Assembly (NCBI GenBank): GCA_973895155.1
Contig: OZ316892.1
Span: 5,736,476 to 5,800,475, forward strand
Reading direction: 5' to 3'
DNA from: Marsupella aquatica
Lineage: Eukaryota; Plantae; Marchantiophyta
Length of the DNA stretch: 64,000 nucleotides
Positions 11,901 through 25,115 of the stretch are shown here, piece after piece. Below the pieces are notes generated by a model. It saw only the letters and a list, made by a program, of their open reading frames with translations. It ran no database searches and had not been told where the DNA came from. Position 1 is the stretch's first letter, and the number at the start of each line of letters is the position of its first letter. The translations under genes and the position numbers were made by a program.

Positions 11901-13438
11901 TTACTTCGTCTTCGGATTGTGCCTTCACAGATCTCTTTTTCCAGTCTACTGTTTTCGGTTTGTGAATCCCTTTCCTTCCCATTTCTTTCATCTGCTCTTC
12001 AGCTGACAATTTTGAACGCGGCTTCATCCGTGTTTTGCATTTGGCCTTCATCATTGGAAATCTCTAGTTGTTTGGAATCATGGCACTCCATGATACCCTC
12101 TTCTCATCCACTTTACCCTACCCGTATGTGATTCAGGCATTTGGTTCCTTTGCTATGTGTGCTGGCTTGACTGAGTGACTGTTTGTCGTATGCTTCCGGT
12201 TCTTCTTTCTTGCTTGCAAGCATCGCATCAAATTATGTTGCGATGCTTGAAGTTCTTCATCCATTTTGGAATATTCTCGTCTGATGTTGTTTTGCTGCTG
12301 TCATGATTTGAATGTCGTGCGCTGCTGGTTCTTGTCTTTGAGTCGCTCTCCAGTCTCGAGTTGTGGTAACGGATTATTGTTTCCCCTGTGTTTGTTTCCC
12401 TGTCCACATCCGATTGGGCTCCTGGTTGCCAGATGTGTTACGGTTTGTGGAATTCTGTTCTCTGGTCGAAGGTGCTCCGCGTATATCTGAGGAAAGGAAA
12501 GAAACAGGGGGAGAGGGACAGTGGGAATTGAGTTGAATGAGTTTTCCTGCATAGTGATCATGAGAGGAGGGTAGGGTACAGAAGGTGCATTTTAGGCAGA
12601 GAGAGTGGGAGAGAAGTATAAGGGAATTGGCAGTCCATTACTGTCAATCTGGATGTTTGCACACTTGAGAGAGTCGGGGCAATGCTCTCCCAGTTTGTAC
12701 CGGGGTACGATGGGTCGCCTAGGTGTTGCCTGGCCTCGTCAAAAAGGTGGGAGAGAGGGCAGAAATGCTCCGTCAAGGAGTTGCGGGAATAGTTTCTTTA
12801 CAGTCTTCGTGCTTGGTATACGAATGTCTGAATGTGCTGTAGCCGACGGCTCCTTTGTGCTTGTTGGTTGCGGCTAGAAATCTCGTCGAGAAGCGCTCCT
12901 CTAAATGAAAATCCAGCACGAGCTGTTTACCTATGTCTCACGGCCTTCTAAAGTGGCGGGGGCCTGATGTCTAAATTTACTGCGAGTCTTCATTGTAAGC
13001 TTTTGCGGGTCGATCTTTTCTCGCGCTTGTCACAGACGCACCTCAACTTTTTTGCAATTCAGAGCGATTGAATAATCCCGAGGAGTGGTTTCTAAGGCAA
13101 ACATTTGGCTCTTTGCAATCGCACAGGGGAAACAGTATGACATCCATCCTTCTGGTGTTTCTTCCTTGTGTAATGGCTTAGGTGTCCAGTGCCGCTTTAT
13201 CGAGAAGGTGTCTTACTGCGAATGAGCTCGAAGTGCTGTGGAGTGGAGATATGGAGGCTGGGAATGTCCGCTGGATGGGCGACTATATGGATACACAATG
13301 TCAACTCAAATGCTTTTTTCGGGAGCTGTTCTGACAGGAGTAGGAGTCTGATTGACAGCCTGCTGAACCAGATCAACAGGAATGTAGATGAGGAGTGCAA
13401 TCGTTGTGGATTAGAGAAGAATATATAGCTGTGTCGAC

Positions 13439-16400
13439 ATGATCATGGCCGGCAGGCTGGTCCCAGGCTCTCTTTATAACCTGAACTCCGGAAATGCACA
13501 AGTCGGGAACACTTTGCATGATCTCAACACTGTAGCCTCTAGGAATGGCGATCTTGAAGGCATCTCCGAGGTGGACCGAGATGCCACCGGTGGCGACAGC
13601 TTGGACCAAGAGGAGGACTCCAACTCGGGGGTACGTTTGCTTCTCTTGACAGTTTTTGGAACAATAGTTTCCATGACTGTTGATTCTTCACAATTCTTTC
13701 TGCAGACACCTTTAGGGCTCCAAGAACATTATGCTTTGATTCTGCGCTCGGAGAGTTTGCCCCTCATATCCTTTTAGGTGAATGTTACGTTCACCCCAAC
13801 CATTTATTAACTTCACCCCGATACTTCTATTTTTATGAATGCTTTTCTATCAATATTCCTATCTGCGGTTGATTAGAGATTGAGTTCTGAACATTACAGT
13901 ACTGAGCAACGGGGAAATTAAATACTATACTTTATGGCCGATGCTCATCCCTGGAATGCCCTTCGAAGGTAGTGCTGGGACGGCTAAAACCCAAATGCGG
14001 TGTAGTTGTCACATGATCAAAATCTACTATTGTAGCTGTTCTGGGTTGCGGCGTGTGATTGAATGAATGCTCCATAAAAACATTTTGAAGGTTCACAGAC
14101 TGATGTTGTCAGGGTGGGGTGTCCCAGTCATATGGGAACTCTCTTGCCTTGCAGGTTGTTAGTGGTCCAGAAACAGATCATTCGATGATACCAGAGGGAG
14201 ACGACCCTCCGAGGTCTCCTTATGGTTTACTGAGTTTGAATGGTAAGATCATAGCATTTTATAGTTTTCTTCTCTTCGCTTTAATTGCTTTGCCCTGAGA
14301 CACTTTTGCTGAAACGTTGCGCAAGTGATAAATGTAAGTATCGCACGAGAAACGAAGTTAGTCGCCTGTGGTTATGGTTCCTATTACATTCTTGACTAGA
14401 GGCAATCCAAACTGACCAGAAACAAATGACATAATCAACAGGCTGGATGTATTTGTCACAGCTTCCAATCATTGAAACTATTGTTTTACTTTGACAGATG
14501 TTATACCAATCGAGACTGCGAGGGCCAGGTTTTTGCAAATTATCATTGATCATTTTATCATATATCATATTGTGGCGACACCAGAGTCACCCCCTGATAT
14601 GAATTTTAACAGTCCCAACAGTAAGGAGAAGATGAAGAAGAGGAGGGCGAGGGACGTGGCTTACGAAGGGGATCCCCGGTACTTACTCCCTTTGACATTC
14701 GTGGCAAATTTGTATGAAACCTTGATACACGAGGTGAATCAGCGCTTGGTCACTGTAGAGGGTATACACGAGAAGACAATGGGCGTGGCCCTCGAAGCAG
14801 CCGGGGGATTATACCGGCGACTTGTCAAGAAGTATCCAAAATCAGGTGAGGTTGTGATGGTGACAACGAAGCTCAGTATCTATGATTATACTACAATCAC
14901 CTGACTGTGGAGCCTACAATTCGTGCCGTCAGAATATGCTGTTCTCCTTAATCCAATATGTTGTATATGTGGGTAGTCATTACCGTCAGTGTAGACTGTG
15001 GAGGAATTCTGCTGATGCTTTCCGGCTGACTTTCATCTTAGGGAGCCCAACAACCTTCAAGAGGAGAGAGATGGCCTCTGCACTGGAGGCAAGGACCAAA
15101 TTCCCACAATTAGTAACAGGTGATGAAAAGCGCGTACGATTCGTGGTAGTTCATGGGCTGGAGCTGGTGGAGCGTCCTTCGTCTCTTCCTCCGGAGGATG
15201 CTGAGTGGTAAATATCTCTGTCTCTCGTCATACCGCTAAGCTGGCGATGCCCAGTCCATCTAGAACAGCTTGGTTCTCTGGAGTTAGAAATAGCTTTACA
15301 GTTATTGTTACCTCCCAATGGAATTTATGGTCAAATACCTGATTCGCTAAAGTCAATGAGTAGTGTATACTCCTAACCCGCCACTGTCCCCGAAGCAAAC
15401 CTGGTGGATCCAGGTTACCATAATTAGTCAATAATGTTTTTAACATAGTTAAAAAGTGCTCTATTTTGTCCTGGCACAGGTTTGGGGACAGTGGTGGTTC
15501 AATTTGAATGCTTTACTTCCGTAGTGCTCTTATTTTCAAACAATGGCAGGTTCAAACGCTTGACGGGAAGGCATGAAGCTGCCATCTCACCAAGAGATTA
15601 CAACTTCTTTTCCCCAAGGGTCAAACATCGTCGTGCCCCTCAGCATTCACTTTCTAATGTCTCTGTTCTACCAGTAAGGATTCGTGGGAAACTTTAGTAG
15701 GGCTCCTTTCTGCTGTAATACTAGAACATTTTGATGCCTTAACTAGACTCGCGTAGGTAGCCGAAGAATTATAGTTGCATATGAAGAGCAGTACAGGATA
15801 GGTCTTCAACGAAGGAACAGTTCGTTAGTTTGGAAGACTAGCTGATATTCCGTTTGTGTTGGCAGCCTTACCCTCCTTTGGATGCAGCTTCGGGGATGCC
15901 TCCACCCATCCGAGTTGGTCCGCAGGTATGGTCTAGCAACTGGGTTAGATTTTCTGCTCACTACTTTCTGAACAAAGCTCACAAGTGTAACGTCTAACTT
16001 CTATGTAGTGAGCCTTAGCAGATGATAATTTAGTACATGTCGGCAAAAGTTTGTGATGAGTTCACTCTTTAAGATTCATAGCCTATCCTAAGTTTTAGTT
16101 ACATTGTAAAGGTTCCTAGGCCTATCAAGTGTTTTTGTGGCTGATCGGTGTCATGGATGATAACTCTTTTTCCACATGTTTCTACAGTTTCAAGTGCAAG
16201 ATTCTGGAAGCATGGCTGCACGCTCACCGGTAATGGCACTTTTGACTTACGGTGCTTTATTAGAGGCTTGCCGTCGGTTTTGCCGTGATGAGTTTTCTTA
16301 CGTCCTCAGGATGCTCCTCGTCTAATGAATAAATTGTTCCACTTTCCGAATGTGTGGCAGCCACTTAACGCTCAACAACAACAATCACACCAGCAACACC

Positions 16401-17075
16401 AATCTCATAGCTCTTCGCATTTACTCGCACCTCCACATACATCTCATGGTCAACATACACCCACACATCCCTCGCATTCAGTTCATGGGCCCCTTACTCC
16501 CCACGGACCTCATACTCAACATTTCCCTCACACTCCACCCCATGTTCAATCTCCAGTGCTGCACCCAGGCGGAGGTTCAATGATACTCGTTGGCTTGGTG
16601 AGTATTAGAATTTGCTTTGAAGATTTGAGTCGATTATTTTGGTGAAATCCTTGACAGTTGCAGAATTTGCATTCTAATACAGTGCATATGATGTGGTGAG
16701 AAAGCAGTTTTGGCTGTTTGTTGTTGAACAATGTCGTCCAGAGGACAGTTTAGGCCCCACTTATCACCGACGAAACCAGTGTTTCCGTTTTCCTCGTGTT
16801 TAATGCAGCATTACTTTTTTTTTAGGGTTGATGAGCGTCATGTACTGTATAAATTGAAAACCATTTAGCATTACATGAGGAGTAAACCATGCGATATGGA
16901 TAAGTCTGGAAACATGTCGTCTTTTGATGGTTGGAATCTGTTGAAATGTGAGCAGGCACCAAACACTCCTGCAAAGTACTGCGATGAATGTGGAGCCCAA
17001 TATTGGCGGGACACTTCAAAGTACTGCTCCGAGTGTGGAGCCAAGCGATTAGATAGGAACGTGAGCGGTCCTTGA
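13439..17075 (+). CDS. Conserved uncharacterised plant protein (At2g02148-like) with His/Gln-rich region and C-terminal double zinc ribbon; exons approx. 13439-13630, 14155-14242, 14498-14845, 15042-15207, 15550-15673, 15866-15925, 16310/16361-16597, 16956-17075
   Basis: Phase-consistent GT-AG exons encode LHDLNTV, PIETARARFLQIIIDHF, YEGDPRYLLPL.FVANLYETL, GVALEAAGGLYR.L.KKYP, FKRRE, KRVRFVVV.GL, DAEWFKRLTGR and PAKYCDECGA.Y.RDTSKYCSECGAKRL. An additional exon between 13630 and 14155 is uncertain. Confidence 0.88.
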
Positions 17076-18429
17076 GATAGACTACGGAGCCAATGCTAAC
17101 TGCAGCTTGGCATTGGAGTGAGATGTTCTAATTAGTCAAAAGGTTGGGGAATCACATTTTAGCCCTGCGCGTTACAGAGGATAATGAACAAGGCTAGTCT
17201 TCGTTCTAATTTCATGTGGGTGATAATGATTCTGATTCCAGTGCGAGCGAGAAATCTCGTATAATCGAAACCGAACCTGTGTCAGGTGTCTTCTTTGCGT
17301 TTTTCGGCCCTCTACAGTCGGCAGTTCTTGCGTTTATTACACCTGTACGCATGGAGATTGATCAGCATCTAAGATGAAGATTGGCTTAGAGTGGGGAAAT
17401 TCCTGTAACACCTCAGGCAGCGATTGTTCTCGATGGAGGATGGAACACTTTCCGAGGCATTTTCGAGATTTTCTTTGGTCTACAAACGGAGCGGCACAGC
17501 ACAGCATAATATAGCCTCTAGATCTTCTTTGCTCTACGATGTGTCTTATCATTCCTTGGTCAACTGAATATGGTGGTATAGGTAGTGGACTAAAGAAGGG
17601 AGTGTCAACTGTAGAGGCGAAGATGAAGTGTCTTCTCGCTCAATGCGCATCTCTCAAGCTAAGACCCATTAAAGGGCATGAGATGCTCAAGAATTGGGTG
17701 TCTCACCATTGTTCAATAACTAATCAATAGATATCAGTGACTTTGCCATCCATCTGAATCCTTTAGTGCACCACATTGGAGGCTTGCAAAGCTAGAAAAT
17801 GTGGATGTACCTCTTGTAGATTTAGTTTGTACTCTGGTTTTTAATCATCAGTGTCTTTTTGTTAGCACAACCTCTTGTCTACCTAGTTTTTCTAGGTGGG
17901 GTTGGGTGTCAGTCTTTTCTTCATTGGGTTTGGTTTGGTCCTCTGGTCATTTTTCCTGTTTTCTCTTGTTCTACTTTCTCTTGTTAGCACTTTTTCAGTG
18001 AATTTGTTTGTCCCGGCGTCAACATCAGGACTGCTTCTGAATCACAAGTCAAGTCTTCAAACAAGGCTGAAGCTGACCTCCATGTTTGCCAAAAGGCTAA
18101 AATGGACTCCTGTAACCTGGATGCCACCTAAACCCTGTTTTCTGCCCAGATGCATATTGCACAGGTGAGTGAATGTGACAGAACTAAAGATAATTATCTT
18201 CATAAATCTGTGGCTTTCTCAATATTAGATTCCTTGGAAGATCGTTTGAAGATGTCTCTAAGTGACCATGAAACTCCTAATTCTGTTGCATACAATTGAA
18301 GGTCTAAATTTGATGACAAACAACTTTGGGAGATGTGAAGAATGTTAGCAAGTGACATTGTAAAGGGTGTCACAGGCCATCCGGGTTGTATAGTTCACAA
18401 GCTGCTGGGTCCAGCTTGTTTTCAGCTTC

Positions 18430-19240
18430 TCTTCAAAGATAGATTTTTTCAAGTACTAAGTAGATTATGAGTTTCAGAATTTCTTAAATTTTTTAATGAA
18501 CTTAAAAGTGATAAATTTAGTTGAATTTTGAGTAGATTATGAATTTCTAATATTCTCTAACTTTCAAATGAGTGTGACATTGAGAAATTTTATCAAATAC
18601 TAAAGTTATCATAAATTTCTTTAACTTTTTAATGAACTTAAGAATGATAAATTTAGTTGAGTTTTGAGGAGATTATGAATTTCCAATATTCTCTAGCTTT
18701 CAAATGAGTGTGATATTGAGAAATTTTATAAGTACTAAAGTGATTATGTGTTTCTAAACTTCTCTAGTTTTGGATCCATTTCAAATTCTACAATTGGAGA
18801 TTTTTTTCCATGAATTTTTTTGTCTCAAATAATTTTGTCTCAAACAGTTTCTCTCTCTTAGTCTGTGTGTGTAGGGATTGATGTTAATTATGGTTGCCTT
18901 GGTAAGTTTGGCAACTGTTTCAAATATCAAATATTGACTTGTTCATTTTTGAAATTTATTTTTTGTAGAATATGATTTATTTTATGGTTTGAATAAAATC
19001 AAAATCAAAATAAAATTATTAGTGGCAGCAATTTTACCTCAATCTTTTTGTCTTTTGATTTGTTTGTCAATTTTGTTTACATTCTCTTTTATTGCATGGC
19101 GACCTAATTTTTACATAAAACTTGTCACAAACACGAATGCAGAAGGTTATTTTATCCAAAAAAAAGTCTCTTCATGTTTGCAGCATGTCACTATGATGTG
19201 GAGTGTTGTGGAGCCTGGAATTTTGAAAATGACCTCTAAA
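18430..19240. repeat. Further copies of the AT-rich repeat seen at 7790-8910, with an internal ~130-bp tandem duplication
   Basis: Inverted match to 7840-8370 and direct match to 8700-8905. Confidence 0.7.
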
Positions 19241-19309
19241 CAGGTCATAAACAGGTTTTAGATAAGAACCCCAACCCAAACATCATTATCATACCTAGCC
19301 CGGAAAAAG

Positions 19310-20170
19310 ATTACCGGGCAAGACTTTATGGGCACAAAGATTACTGGGCAATACTTTCTGGGCACAAAGACAAAAATGATGTGGGGCAAGATTTTCTGGG
19401 CACAAAGATTACATGGCAAAACTTCCTGGGCACATGGTTATGGAAATGGTGGCACACACCTATAACCCACAGTACTTGAAGGGCCGCCCAAGGGGCCGAT
19501 GAGGCTGGAAATGGCTCATTTACGCAGACCAGAAGGAGAGGGGAACTGGTCTTCAATACCCAGAAGACTTTAGGTCAAATTCATTTTTGGATTATTTTGT
19601 GTAGGGTAACCCATCCCCAAGAGGGGGTAATGGGATGTAATCCCAGAGGAAGCTGAGCCCGAGGGGGTTACATCCATTATCCCCAAGTGGGGATGAGTTA
19701 ACGAGTGTAAAGCCTGAGTGAATTTTTACAAAACATTTGGTTCAGTTTGACATAGTAAAAGTCTGATCAGTCACTGTTTGTCACTTGCAATTACCCTGTT
19801 TCTCATTCACATTTCATAATCCCCAGGCCAAGCTGGCTCAGGGTTCCGTGGTTTCACCTGGGGTAATGTCTCAAAACTTGGTACACAGATACAAAGAAAA
19901 AAAATTCACGAGGGGTTTACTTTCAGTGTGAGAATCTGATTTTCTTTCCTATGCCTTTCTTTCTGACAGGAAATTACCGGGCAAGACAAAGATTCGGGGC
20001 AAGATTTTCTGGGCACAAAGATTCCGTGCAAAACTTTCTGGACACATGGTTATGGAAATGGTGGCACGCACCTATGACACACCTTTCTTCCAGACAAGAA
20101 ATTACCGGGCAAGACTTTCTAGGCACATGGTTATGGAAATGGTGGGACACAGCTGTAACCCACCTTTCTT
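19310..20170. repeat. Degenerate ~30-bp tandem repeats (TTACCGGGCAAGACTTTCTGGGCACAAAGA) in two blocks, 19310-19470 and 19970-20170
   Basis: Units and the shared GGCACATGGTTATGGAAATGGTGG segment are visible in both blocks. Confidence 0.8.
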
Positions 20171-20788
20171 CCTGACAGGAATTACGGCCTCCCCCCACGA
20201 TCCAGCCACCTGACTCTCGCGCGCACTCACGTACTCGCCTGCGCTCACGTTCGCCTCCCCTCCGATTCCGCTCGCCTGCAATGATTTTGCTCGAAGCTCC
20301 TGATCTTCGTCCTTTGACCCTAACGTTGTGATGGTGAGTGCGACAATGGCCGTAAAGTTTTCGACAGCAGCAGCAGGGTTTCAACCATCTACTACTGCCG
20401 TCGGTGCTTCGTCGTCTGGATTCCCTTCTGCTCCAGTGTTGAGATCAGGACGGAACAGCAGCTGAGCCGCTTCAAAGTAGTTGGCCCCGGTCTAATATCA
20501 TTTTACATCAATCTTCTCCTCGTCTTGCTGTTGATGTTGCAGCTGATGTCTACAGATTTTGGTTCTGTCAACTGCCGCTGGAATGTTTTGGACTGCAGCC
20601 TCCGATGAACACCAATGCTTGGATGCGCATTCCCTACGAACCGCTCAGCTGCCAGGAGCTTTCAGGATCGAGTCTACCATCAAAAGCTGTTTGCTGACTT
20701 GCAGAGAGAATTGAGAGAAGTATGTGAGTGTACAACCAAAGAGACCCAGTGCTTCGATGCTCACACGGACTATTGCTTTAATGCCACG

Positions 20789-22213
20789 ATGGCTAGCGAG
20801 GAAGCGGTGATTGTGGTTGTGGGATGTGAGACGGAATACAAGGCCCGTGTTGCAGACGCTCTCGCTAAATGGCGTAGAGCATCGGAAACCGAAACTACGA
20901 AAGGCGGAGTTCGCATTTTTCGGAGGGAATCGTCCCCTGACGCAGTAGTTATAGACACTACACCTTTGGCAGACCACTTTTCTGAGTGGGTAGAGGCTGA
21001 ACAGTGGATTTCGTTGAATGGGTTAAGGAGGTTGTTTGGGAAGCTAATTTGTGTGATATGTGTCCTTCCACTTCAAGTCGGTCCAGAAGACGCAAGACAC
21101 AGCGAGTTTGCAATTCAGCCTTTCAAAGGGATGCATATACTGGGGCACATTTTCGCAGAGCGGAAACGAAACATTCTGATTCTGGCGAAGTTAGAAGGCA
21201 CCAACGACAGAGTAGCTCTGAGGTCAGGAGTCATAGATGCTCTCCAACGAGACGGATATGTGAAGAGCAATATTTTCTTTGAGAACATGGGTGCAGAAGA
21301 TATGATCCTGACTGTCAGGACGACGCTAGAACGCAGTGCTTTTCAGTGCAAAAGCTCAAACGAGTATTCAGGCACCACAATACAGTTCCGTCTCAAAGAA
21401 GTGACATCGAAATGCAAAGATCGCGACAGATATGGGTGTTGGGGCCCTGAGCGAGTGATTTTACTGGGGAGGACGGGGAGCGGGAAGTCTACTCTTTATC
21501 AAATGCTTACCAAGGGAGGGCTTGACCCTTCCTCAAAGTCCGCTGCAAGCTCAAGTATCAGAGGAGAAACCAAAGCAGTAATGCGTGGGGAAGGACGAGG
21601 CTGGTACGTGATTGACACGCCAGGCTTTGGGGAGCTGAAAGACAAACGGAGCACCATATCCACGGAAGAAGCACAAATGAGAATCAGAAAATATGTTCAG
21701 TACATTGAGGGTACTTACTCTCATTTTATCTACGTCGTAATGAAGGATCGAATCGACATGTTGGACAAGAAACTCTGGTCATTCTTTCAAGTTCTCTTCG
21801 AGGAAGGACATAATTTCACGGTCGTGGTTTCCAACGCAACCCAGACTTGGGTGGACCGAAACATATCAGCTTTACAGACAGATTTCACTGGCTGCGAGAA
21901 TTTTCTCAGCGGGGAATTCCCTCCGACGGCAACCGATGATGGCGAGTGGGAGGCAGAGCTGGAGGAGGTGCGAGGAGAATCATTAAAACGCCTTGAGGAC
22001 GAGCTCGCCAGTCTCTCCAGATTCGGCATCTCCAACGACGTAAACGACATCTCAAGAAGAACTACTCAAAATGATATGAGTCGGAGCGATAGTTTTTGGA
22101 AAGTTGGAGTCGTCCTTGGTGCCCAAAAAATTGCGGCTGGTATTGTTAGAACACAGGAAAGGTTGTACGACATGCTGAAGGTCGATGAAAAATTCGTTCT
22201 GTTGCCGGAGTAA
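20789..22213 (+). CDS. Intronless AIG1/GIMAP-Toc34-septin-class P-loop GTPase with an N-terminal degenerate GTPase-like domain (ORF open from ATG 20615)
   Basis: C-terminal half has G1 LLGRTGSGKST, G2 GET, G3 VIDTPGFG and YSHFIYV. N-terminal half has VIVVVGCETEYKARVADAL and VVIDTTPL. Confidence 0.85.
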   Translation: MASEEAVIVVVGCETEYKARVADALAKWRRASETETTKGGVRIFRRESSPDAVVIDTTPLADHFSEWVEAEQWISLNGLRRLFGKLICVICVLPLQVGPEDARHSEFAIQPFKGMHILGHIFAERKRNILILAKLEGTNDRVALRSGVIDALQRDGYVKSNIFFENMGAEDMILTVRTTLERSAFQCKSSNEYSGTTIQFRLKEVTSKCKDRDRYGCWGPERVILLGRTGSGKSTLYQMLTKGGLDPSSKSAASSSIRGETKAVMRGEGRGWYVIDTPGFGELKDKRSTISTEEAQMRIRKYVQYIEGTYSHFIYVVMKDRIDMLDKKLWSFFQVLFEEGHNFTVVVSNATQTWVDRNISALQTDFTGCENFLSGEFPPTATDDGEWEAELEEVRGESLKRLEDELASLSRFGISNDVNDISRRTTQNDMSRSDSFWKVGVVLGAQKIAAGIVRTQERLYDMLKVDEKFVLLPE

Positions 22214-22433
22214 CGGCAAGTCTTGTGGTTACAGGTGTCCTACCAGAAGCAATTCAATCTGTTCTTCCATGTATGATATGATAAACTCACTACGAAAGTG
22301 GGGACAACTTTGCCAAACTTTTGTAGTTGCACTACAACACCGCCCTTGTTTTTTTTCTCCCTTATTTGAAGGAAGAACATCGCTCCCTTTTTTTTTGTAT
22401 TGGACTGAAATGAGGAAGAACATTTAGGAGATT

Positions 22434-22746
22434 CTCCCCACCCCAATAGTGACATACATACATTCATTGTAGTAACCAATTTCAGGGGTGAGCCCCCACT
22501 CTCCCATCTAAATAGTGACATACATTGTTGCACAGAACCCAGGTGTGAGCCCCCACTGTCCCCATCCCAATAGCTACATACATTGTTGTAGAGAACCCAT
22601 TTCAGGGGTGAGCCCCCACTCTCCTCAGCCCAATAGTGACATACATTCATTGTGGAGAACCCATTTGAGGGGTGAGCCTTCACTCTCCTCACCCCAATAG
22701 TGAACTACATTCATTATAGAGAACCCATTTCAGGGGAGAGCCCCCA
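22434..22746. repeat. ~60-bp tandem minisatellite, about 5 copies
   Basis: Unit CTCC..CCCAATAGTGACATACATTCATTGTAGAGAACCCATTTCAGGGGTGAGCCCCCA. Confidence 0.9.
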
Positions 22747-23168
22747 TGGATTCAAGAGCACCAAGAGAGTACCAGAGTATTAAATCAAGGCCACAAAGTA
22801 CACAACCAAGGGCCTAGTAGATAATCAGAACTCCCATCCACTACCCACAAATTCCATCCCACCCACACACATCCACACCCTCCCATCCACTACCCACAAA
22901 TTCCATCCCACTCACACACATCCACACCCCTATGTGAGGGGGGGGGGGGGGGGGTTGAATATGGGACCATTAAGGTTGAGGCTAATCCTCTAGCCAATTG
23001 ACCTCATACATAGCCAATTGACCTCATACATTTTTATGTCAATCTGCCTTAGAACATGTGTTTCCTTTTATAGCTATTATAAGTTTCTTCCCTAAATCTT
23101 TGTCATATCTTTTTTGATCTCGTTATACATTCCTCTTAATCTGTGTTAGGTATCTTATGTTTAAAGAA

Positions 23169-23599
23169 TCTTACTATAAAAACGCCAACTGAAGTCTACT
23201 GTGAAAATCCTAGATCTAGAGTGAAGACTCTAGACCATAACTCTATGGTCATCATGTGTATGTGAAAAACTCATATGGATGTGCATACAAAAAGAATAAT
23301 ATGCACATAAAGAAGAATGGTATATTATATATAACAATTAAAATGGTAGTTTTTTTTATCATTTTATTAACCTTCAAAGAATATGGCTATCATGTGCTTG
23401 TGAAAAAGTCATATGGATGCACATTCAAGAATGATGTGCACATAAAGGAAAATGATCTACTATATATGATTATTAAAATGATGAGTTTTTTTATAATTCT
23501 ATTTACATTCAAAGAATATGAATAGAGAATATATATTCTGATGACATTTTTATTGTCTTCTCCGCTATTCACGTTCAAAGAATGGATAGTCGGGGCTAG
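23169..23599 (+). mobile_element. Small non-autonomous Helitron-like element, copy 1
   Basis: Starts A|TCTTACTATAAA and ends with a hairpin (CCGCTATTC..GAATGGATAGTCGG) plus CTAG|T. A homologous copy at 44244-45445 has the same termini. Confidence 0.7.
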
Positions 23600-24819
23600 T
23601 TTTAGTATGGATATTGACAATCAAACTAGGACATTGAGTAGTAACTCATGCTAGGGAGCTGGGAATGGAGCTATGTGATGGAGCAGGCTAACTTGGGAAG
23701 GTTTGGGAGATGCATTTTTTGGTCTGCACCTCTCTTCACTTTCAAAGAATGGGGGAATTAGTGTGAATTTGGGCTAGTTAGATCTAAAACATGCAGCATA
23801 GGGTGTAACTCTGCCATGTGCCTACAAGTTGAATATAATTTCCATATCAGGTAAACCCCAAAACTGTTGAAAAGAGTTTTCATATCAAGGTAAAACCAAT
23901 TTTTATATTATATATCTGAGTGTGTTGAAAATAATTTGAAAGTGAAGCCTGGATAGACCTCCATGTTGGAGACACTGCTCTTGTGGACCACATTTTGGTG
24001 GGTCCATACTTAGGAGTTTTGGGCTTCTAAGATGATTATGAACCTTAAATAATCTTTAGTTTTTTGTCTGCAAGGAAACTAAGTAGAGAAGCCCTAATAT
24101 GTCATATTAACTCAATGAAAATTAATCTAATAAGATTCCATGATGAATACCTCCACCAAAATGGCCAAAAATTTACCATTGCTTTGATGGAAGTATAGCT
24201 CACCTACTCCTCTAGCACATCCTAAAAACTAAAAAATATTTGAATTTATGAACATCAAGTTATTACAATTAATCTCAAATTTTGGGAAATGTGGTAGAGA
24301 AACCTTTTGGTCCATGGGAGCATTATTTTCAAAGAATTTCCATAGGAAGGTAAACCCAATTGTTATTTTCTACATGCGAGTGTGTTCCTTCATTTTCAAA
24401 GAATTTCCATAGCAAGGTAAACCCAATTGTTATTTACGGACCCCCATGAGAGGTCCATTCCAAAATTCCTGGCATTAGAGAGTGCCACACCAACAACAAC
24501 CGCACCAAACAAGACTTGTCAGTTTTGTGAATCAAATTTATAGTTTTAATTTGTGTTTGTGTCAATTTGGGTGTAAATTTTGGGACACCATACCGTAAAA
24601 AGAAATGTAAAAAAATAAAAATACAAAGAGCAAGAAGGGTAAAACTGTCACTATATAATTATTTTAGTTACATATGTAGGTTTGAAAATTAAATTCAAAA
24701 TTTTTAAAAATATTTTTCAGAATAAACAATGGCTAAATAAGTAACTTGATAACTTACTTGTTAAAAGATAACTGGCAGCCAGGGGTCCACATACTAATTT
24801 ATATATCTTGAGTGTGTTC

Positions 24820-25115
24820 CAGGGTTTGCCAAATTTCACCTCCCCAAAAATCTTTAGCCACTTTTGGCATGGCAAAAATTAGCTTACTATTTTTCTGTCT
24901 CATTAGCCAGTGTTACACCCAATCACCGGCCCCATTAGCCAAAATCTAAAGGTCACCGGCCCCATTAGCCAAAATCTAAAGGTCAGCCTTAAATTTAATG
25001 AGATCTGACGGTCAGTAATATAATTGAATAGTGAATCTTTTGAGCATCTTCTCCTTCACACACCTGTACATTCGCCACTCTGGCGAAAAAGTAAAATCCT
25101 TAAAAAATACGTTGG
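24820..25115. repeat. MITE-like dispersed repeat; copy at ~51770-52036, partial copies at ~45930-46115 and ~47635-47720
   Basis: Shared TGTCTCATTAGCCA..CCCCATTAGCCA..TTTTGAG.ATCTT.TCCTTCACACA..GCCACTCTGGC.AAAAAGTAAAA. Confidence 0.75.

Noticed and set aside
11138-12131. Overlapping hydrophobic and Lys/Arg-rich ORFs
   Set aside because: Products of T/C-rich leader or intron sequence, with no domain signal.
22434-22746. Regularly spaced ~60-bp repeats as a CRISPR array
   Set aside because: Units are contiguous and degenerate with no unique spacers, no cas genes are present, and the context is eukaryotic. This is a minisatellite.
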